A DNA stretch of 31,379 nt from a virus. Lineage: Duplodnaviria; Caudoviricetes. Shown here piece after piece: positions 26,347-31,379 of this stretch (the first letter of the stretch is position 1; the number at the start of each line of letters is the position of its first letter). Position numbers and translations under genes: made by a program. The stretch spans positions 1 through 31,379 of the IMG/VR virus record IMGVR_UViG_3300027887_000037. One strand, written 5' to 3'. The notes beneath the pieces were generated by a model, which saw only the letters and a program-made list of their open reading frames with translations, had not been told where the DNA came from and did no database searches.

Positions 26347-27565
26347 ATTGTTTCTCTGGCAATTTAAAGATGAGCTTATCATTTATAAATGAATCAAATA
26401 TTGCATATATTTTATCACCATTTACAAAATTATTAACCATTATTTTATGTTTTTTCAATTCTTTAAGTGGAATCAATCCGTTTATTTCACCTACATTAAC
26501 AATAATACCAAAATTCATTATTGCAGCTACACTTGTCTCAATAACTTTATCTTTTGATTCTAATATGAAATTTTGGATTTTGTTTAATTTTTCTTCAGGA
26601 CTTTCTTTAGTAAGTATGATTCTATTGTCTTTAGTGATTTCAGAAATATAAAATTCTATTTTATCTCCGGGCTTAATATTTCTAGCATTAAATTGAACTC
26701 TTGTTTCAGCATCCATTTTTGAAGTATGTAATAATCCAGTATACACTTCATCAAATTCTGAGAACACACCAAATTTTGAACAGCCTGTTACAGTGCCTTC
26801 ATATTTTTTTAGTGTGTCTAATTCACGAATTTTAGTTGGTAATATATGTGTGAGATACTTTTTATGAGATACTATGAATGAATTCATTTCTTTTAAGAAG
26901 TCTTCTATCATTACAATAACTTCTTTTCCTATATACGATTGAAAATCCATAATTTTATTGGGTGCAGCAAGAGATCCTGGCATAAATGCTTCTATTCCTT
27001 GTACTTCGACAAAAAATCCTCCTTTGTTTGCTTGTAATATTTTTGCAGTATATGCTTGTGTGGGATTATCAATTTGTTGCATGAATTCATCTCTAACTGA
27101 TTTAAGGTGTCCTTGCCATAATGATATTTTTACAGATGGTGTTGCTTCTATTACATACGCATTTAAACCTCTTTCAAGAAATATTTTAACGGCTTCTTTA
27201 TTTCGTAAAGAATTTGTAAATTCACTAATTGTATTATGCCCAAATACTTGTATAAATTTTTTCTCTCTTGTCAAATCTATACTAACTGTTAAACCTCCTG
27301 CCAATTCAATATCAATGTAATCATCTTTTACGTTAAATATATCGATTATACGCACAACGTCGCCTACTTTTAAATCTTTTTTAACTAAATCTGAATTTTG
27401 ACTGGTGTAGATATCGAAGAGTTTTTGCGCGTATGGTTCTCGAGAGAAACACTTATTTTTATCGTTATTGCCGTTTATTGATTTGTTTGGAACTAATTTG
27501 GTACTTCCTTTGTACCCGTCTTCATATATTTCCCAATTGAAGTCGTTTTGTATTTCTTCACTCAT
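26345..27565 (-). CDS. rpsA: Phage-encoded ribosomal protein bS1 homologue (about four S1 domains)
   Basis: S1 repeats 'AKILQANKGGFFVEVQGIEAFMPGSL', 'YEGTVTGCSKFGVFSEFDEVYTGLLHTSKM', 'VAAIMNFGIIVNVGEINGLIP'; 'IVSHKKYL' linker; N-terminal 'DFNWEIYEDG' recalls Bacteroidota bS1. Confidence 0.88.
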   Translation of the reverse strand: MSEEIQNDFNWEIYEDGYKGSTKLVPNKSINGNNDKNKCFSREPYAQKLFDIYTSQNSDLVKKDLKVGDVVRIIDIFNVKDDYIDIELAGGLTVSIDLTREKKFIQVFGHNTISEFTNSLRNKEAVKIFLERGLNAYVIEATPSVKISLWQGHLKSVRDEFMQQIDNPTQAYTAKILQANKGGFFVEVQGIEAFMPGSLAAPNKIMDFQSYIGKEVIVMIEDFLKEMNSFIVSHKKYLTHILPTKIRELDTLKKYEGTVTGCSKFGVFSEFDEVYTGLLHTSKMDAETRVQFNARNIKPGDKIEFYISEITKDNRIILTKESPEEKLNKIQNFILESKDKVIETSVAAIMNFGIIVNVGEINGLIPLKELKKHKIMVNNFVNGDKIYAIFDSFINDKLIFKLPEKQ

Positions 27566-27605
27566 ATTTATTTTAGTTTAAGGGTTAAAAACTCTATTTT
27601 ATATG

Positions 27606-27616
27606 TTATATATTTC
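27606..27616 (-). promoter_or_regulatory. Putative promoter motif GAAATATATAA (towards the bS1 gene)
   Basis: Same 11-mer as the two copies in the 6427-6623 intergenic region. Confidence 0.5.
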
Positions 27617-27674
27617 TTTTAAAAATATGATTTTTCATTTTTTATTAAAAACTGCCTCTAGTTAAAATATGCGA

Positions 27675-27689
27675 GATATATAAAATAAA
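27675..27689 (+). promoter_or_regulatory. Putative late-promoter motif GATATATAAAATAAA (towards the fibre gene)
   Basis: Identical to the 15-mer at 20341-20355; ends 14 nt before the ATG at 27704. Confidence 0.6.
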
Positions 27690-27703
27690 TAAAATCACTT
27701 ACT

Positions 27704-30700
27704 ATGGATTTAAGAGATATTTATCAAAAGACTACATGGCCCGAAGTCCCAGGTATAATAAATTACAATAATGATGAGATTGAACGCGCATTTAATCTTA
27801 TATATGATCCTGAACGCGGAATAATAGTTCCTATCACTACTACAGGAAGAGTTAAAGGCAGTTGGGGAGAATTTGTACATGTCATAACTGATAATTTAAC
27901 AGTTAAAAGTCAATATACAAATTTATACGAAAATAGCACAACAGCAGACTACAACTGGTACAAGATGCTTGTTGATCCAACAGCATTGTTAAGAGACCCC
28001 TGTACCGCTTTAACATATTGGCCGTACGAAAATTATACTGGATATAAAATAATTGACGTTAATAAGCCATATTATAAAATAACAAATGCTTGGCCGGTTA
28101 TTCTTAATAATGCGAACGTTTCTCAAATAGTAGGTGTTTATTTTGATGCGTCTCTTGCAGGTTTAAATCCATTTCAAATTTTAATGGATCCGTGTGCAGG
28201 AACAACATACACAGTTGATGTTAGTTATGCAGGTAGTGCATATATTGAATTTGTTGCTACATATGTTGATCCATCATGGGGAACTACTTGGCAACAATAT
28301 AAATATGCAATTGAAGGCGCAGGTGGTGTACAATCATCCATGTCAATTGTAGGATTCTTAAAGGAAGTATCAATTGGTCCTGATTTTACATGGGAATCAG
28401 GATACCTTGCAGTAGATACAGCAATAACAGGTGTAAGTCCTGAGTATGTTGATGGTTCATTAGCTAAAATTAGAGCTGAATATATTCCTAGTGCCAGTTT
28501 AGGATTATCAGATTTTTATTGGTCTGGAGGTTATCTTGAAGTAAATACCGCATTAATAGGTCCGAGTTATGCATATGTTGATGGTAGTTTAATAACATTA
28601 ATAAATGCAGATACATCATTAAGTGATCGTATAGAATCACTTGAAGTATCACTTAATTATATTATGAATGTTAGTGATCTTTTAGTTAATTATATCAATG
28701 ATTCTAGTTTAAGTTCAGATTTTTATTGGAGTAATGGTCGTCTTGAAGTTAGTTCAGGTTTTGGTGGCCCAACTTTCGCATATATTGATGGGTCACTACA
28801 AACAATAAAGGCTGAATATATACCCGATGTAAGTTTAGGCGCAGATTTTTTTTGGAGTGCAGGTGTTCTTGAAGTAAGTACAACATTAGTTGGCGCAGAT
28901 ATGACATATGTTGACGCGTCATTAAATGCAAAAGCAAATGATGTATCATTATTATTGTATGTGTTAAAATCTGGAGATACCATGACAGGAGATTTAAATA
29001 TCTCTACAGCAAACATTATAACAGATGATATATCTACCAATACTCGATTAGGCGTTAATTCATTATTAGTAAATACAACAGGAAATTATAATACAGCATT
29101 AGGATGGACATCATTATTATCTAATACAACAGGAAATAACAATGTTGCTATTGGATTTAATGCATTAGGAGAAAATATTTCAGGTTCAGATAATATAGCA
29201 ATTGGTTATCAAGCTGGAACTTATGTTCTTGATGTAACATTGGGCAGTAATGCAGAAGGAAAAAATTGCATATTTATAGGTTCTAGAACTTATGCATCAT
29301 CACAAAATAGTGAAAATGAAATCGTTATTGGAAATGATGTTCAAGGAATGGGTTCTAATACAGTTATAATTGGAAATATAGATTGCGCTTCTACATATTT
29401 AAATGGTGCTATTTATATTGTTAAAGATGCAACAGATGGTGGATTATCACACAAAACATCTGAAACAGATTTAGTCTATTACAATACAACTAGCGGTGAA
29501 ATAACATATGGTTCACAAACAGATTTATTAAGTGATGTTGACGCGTCAATTGTTGAATTAAGAGAAAAAACTATAGATTTAGACGCATCAATAAACAATC
29601 TTTATGAAGAAAAGGAAAAGATCTTAACATTTACGGATTTCTTAACCAAAGATGTATGTAATAATGTATATTTAGGAGGAAATTCTACAACTGAACATAC
29701 GTTAAATTATATTGATCAATTTGATCTAAGTTCAGGATTTAATAGTAGTGTTTTTTCAACGTATTTAGACTCAAGTGGAAAGATATATGTTGGAGGACAA
29801 TTTACAACATATCAAGATTCATCACAAAATTACTTAGTAAGACTTAACTCTGACGGAACTAAAGACACAACATTTGATATAAGTTCGGGATTCATTAATG
29901 CTGTTCATTCAATAGTGTTAGACTCAAGTGGAAAGATATATGTGGGGGGAGCTTTTACAACATATCAAGGTTCATCACAAAATTACTTAATAAGACTTAA
30001 TTCAGATGGAACTAAAGACACAACATTTGATATAAGTTCAGGATTTAATAGTCATGTTCAATCAATAGTTTTAGACTCAAGTGGAAAGATATATGTTGGA
30101 GGAGGTTTTACAGCATATCAAGGTTCATCACAAAAATACTTAATAAGACTTAACTCAGATGGAACTAAAGATACAACATTTGATATAAGTTCAGGATTTA
30201 ATAGTGAAGTTGGTTTAATAGTTTTAGATTCAAGTGGAAAGATATATGTTGGAGGATATTTTACAACATATCAAGATTCAACACAAAATTACTTAATAAG
30301 ACTTAACTCAGATGGAACTAAAGATACAACATTTGATATAGGTACAGGATTTAATATCACTGTTAATCCAGTAGCTTTAGATTCAAGTGGAAAGATATAT
30401 GTTGGAGGAGGTTTTACAGCATATAAAAGTTTATCACAAAATAGATTAATAAGACTTAACTCAAATGGAACTAAAGACACAACATTTGATATAAGTTCAG
30501 GATTTAATAACACTGTTTATTCAGTAGCTTTAGATTCAAGTGGAAGGATATATGTGGGGGGATATTTTACAACATATCGAGATTCATCACAAAATTACTT
30601 AATAAGACTTAATTCAGATGGAACTAAAGATGAAACATTTGATATAAGTTCAGGATTTAATAATTATATTAATCCAATAGCTTTAGATTCAAGTGGAAAG

Positions 30701-31379
30701 ATATATGTTGGAGGATATTTTACAACATATAAAAGTTTATCACAAAATAGATTAATAAGACTTAACTCAGATGGAACTAAAGATATAGATGTTTCAACTT
30801 CAATAACAATAGATAAAAAAGGATTTTCTTATGGAGATGATTATTCTAGTTTAAATACAACAAATGATAGATGGATTCCTGATAAAGCGTATGTAGATAG
30901 TTTAGTTCTTCAAGGAACACAAGGTATTACAGGTTCTCAAGGAACTCAAGGTATTCAAGGAATTATTGGAACAGGAATTCAAGGAACAATGGGTGCAGCA
31001 GGTACAGGATTAAATAATCAAGGTACATGGATAGATAACACTTGGTATAATCCTGGAGATTATGTGTTTTTTGATTCTTCTGCTGGAAGCAGTGTTATAA
31101 CAATGTGGATACTACAATATGATGTTTCTTATTATTCTACAGTAGAACCATATACTGATACTTCAATATGGATTGAATTTACAGCACCTGCTGGAGCGCA
31201 AGGAACACAAGGTACTCAGGGTGTTCAAGGTACAACTGGAACAGGTTCTCAAGGCACTCAAGGCACTCAAGGTACAACTGGAACAGGTTCTCAAGGTACT
31301 CAAGGTACAACTGGAACAGGTTCTCAAGGCACTCAAGGTTCTCAAGGCACTCAAGGTTCTCAAGGTACTCAAGGTACAA
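27704..31379 (+). CDS. Large modular tail-fibre/adhesin, 3'-truncated and absent from the ORF track: N-terminal domain, DFYW repeats, YadA-head-like repeats, 7 delta-60 (DUF5122-like) propeller repeats, collagen-like GxQ repeats
   Basis: Manual translation from ATG 27704 (MDLRDIYQKTTWPEVPGIINYNN...) stays open to the window end (>1220 codons); 'YVLKSGDTMTGDL', 'NTTGNYNTALG', 'GKIYVGG.FT.Y.....LIRLNSDG.KD', 'QGTQG' repeats. Confidence 0.9.
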   Translation, partial: MDLRDIYQKTTWPEVPGIINYNNDEIERAFNLIYDPERGIIVPITTTGRVKGSWGEFVHVITDNLTVKSQYTNLYENSTTADYNWYKMLVDPTALLRDPCTALTYWPYENYTGYKIIDVNKPYYKITNAWPVILNNANVSQIVGVYFDASLAGLNPFQILMDPCAGTTYTVDVSYAGSAYIEFVATYVDPSWGTTWQQYKYAIEGAGGVQSSMSIVGFLKEVSIGPDFTWESGYLAVDTAITGVSPEYVDGSLAKIRAEYIPSASLGLSDFYWSGGYLEVNTALIGPSYAYVDGSLITLINADTSLSDRIESLEVSLNYIMNVSDLLVNYINDSSLSSDFYWSNGRLEVSSGFGGPTFAYIDGSLQTIKAEYIPDVSLGADFFWSAGVLEVSTTLVGADMTYVDASLNAKANDVSLLLYVLKSGDTMTGDLNISTANIITDDISTNTRLGVNSLLVNTTGNYNTALGWTSLLSNTTGNNNVAIGFNALGENISGSDNIAIGYQAGTYVLDVTLGSNAEGKNCIFIGSRTYASSQNSENEIVIGNDVQGMGSNTVIIGNIDCASTYLNGAIYIVKDATDGGLSHKTSETDLVYYNTTSGEITYGSQTDLLSDVDASIVELREKTIDLDASINNLYEEKEKILTFTDFLTKDVCNNVYLGGNSTTEHTLNYIDQFDLSSGFNSSVFSTYLDSSGKIYVGGQFTTYQDSSQNYLVRLNSDGTKDTTFDISSGFINAVHSIVLDSSGKIYVGGAFTTYQGSSQNYLIRLNSDGTKDTTFDISSGFNSHVQSIVLDSSGKIYVGGGFTAYQGSSQKYLIRLNSDGTKDTTFDISSGFNSEVGLIVLDSSGKIYVGGYFTTYQDSTQNYLIRLNSDGTKDTTFDIGTGFNITVNPVALDSSGKIYVGGGFTAYKSLSQNRLIRLNSNGTKDTTFDISSGFNNTVYSVALDSSGRIYVGGYFTTYRDSSQNYLIRLNSDGTKDETFDISSGFNNYINPIALDSSGKIYVGGYFTTYKSLSQNRLIRLNSDGTKDIDVSTSITIDKKGFSYGDDYSSLNTTNDRWIPDKAYVDSLVLQGTQGITGSQGTQGIQGIIGTGIQGTMGAAGTGLNNQGTWIDNTWYNPGDYVFFDSSAGSSVITMWILQYDVSYYSTVEPYTDTSIWIEFTAPAGAQGTQGTQGVQGTTGTGSQGTQGTQGTTGTGSQGTQGTTGTGSQGTQGSQGTQGSQGTQGT
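28355..28925 (+). repeat. Four imperfect peptide repeats '(D/E)xSLGxDFxWxxGxLxV...YVD(G/A)SL'
   Basis: EVSIGPDFTWESGYLAV; SASLGLSDFYWSGGYLEV; DSSLSSDFYWSNGRLEV; DVSLGADFFWSAGVLEV; each followed by Y(V/I)D(G/A)SL. Confidence 0.8.
29720..30785 (+). repeat. Seven tandem 153-nt (51-aa) near-identical delta-60 repeats
   Basis: Units begin with tttgat at 29720, 29873, 30026, 30179, 30332, 30485 and 30638 (exact 153-nt period). Confidence 0.95.
30911..31379 (+). repeat. Collagen-like G-(T/S)-Q repeats, split by a small Trp-rich domain
   Basis: caagg(t/c/a)ac(t/a) 9-mers at about 30911-31005 and 31193-31379; intervening 'GTWIDNTWYNPGDYV...W' resembles CBM5/12-type modules. Confidence 0.85.

Noticed and set aside
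134-27320. Short nested or antisense ORFs (134..349, 464..688, 3049..3243, 5499..5711, 13569..13766, 15064..15255, 15091..15273, 18461..18643, 21560..21787, 22976..23254, 23337..23537, 26370..26651, 26958..27320)
   Set aside because: All lie inside longer, motif-supported genes and have no recognisable features.
29720-30785. Regular repeats with variable segments, resembling a CRISPR array
   Set aside because: The period is 153 nt (51 codons) and in frame within a long ORF; the variable parts are short, homologous and coding.
1-31379. Stop-codon reassignment as in some jumbo or Lak phages
   Set aside because: Coding density is near complete under the standard code, and TAA, TAG (17801) and TGA (e.g. 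26345, 20401) all end genes at sensible boundaries.
27566-31379. Apparent 3.8-kb gene-poor region and minus-strand ORFs 28723..29040, 28749..28949, 30289..30513, 31163..31372, 31179..31379
   Set aside because: The region is one + strand ORF lacking a stop inside the window; the small ORFs are antisense shadows of it and its repeats.
1-31379. tRNA or rRNA genes
   Set aside because: Intergenic spaces are under 200 nt and AT-rich, with no cloverleaf or T-loop signature seen.

Overview
This AT-rich window looks like part of a large T4-like (myovirus) jumbo-phage genome in the standard genetic code, probably infecting Bacteroidota. It holds a virion-morphogenesis region: neck protein (T4 gp13-like), gp25-, gp6/J- and gp7-like baseplate genes, two paralogous FN3-bearing surface proteins, a beta-helix/LamG tailspike, and a >1200-aa modular fibre missing from the ORF track (27704 to window end). 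Accessory genes include a ribosomal protein bS1 homologue, an HSP20, a degenerate amidoligase-fold protein and three free-standing GIY-YIG/NUMOD3 endonucleases. The most notable signals are: (1) strong D-x-S tripeptide enrichment in the putative exposed virion proteins, a candidate modification sequon; (2) a shared ~25-aa leader (M-K/R..-I-N-E-K-F-x-E-x-S-D-P-x-x-D-x-x-I-G) on otherwise unrelated small proteins, a candidate capsid-targeting/protease tag; (3) a recurring ATATATAA promoter-like motif with very short, SD-less leaders; (4) a circularly permuted FISUMP domain; (5) structured RNA elements around hsp20 and upstream of one endonuclease. All family calls are by eye from motifs; no searches were run.
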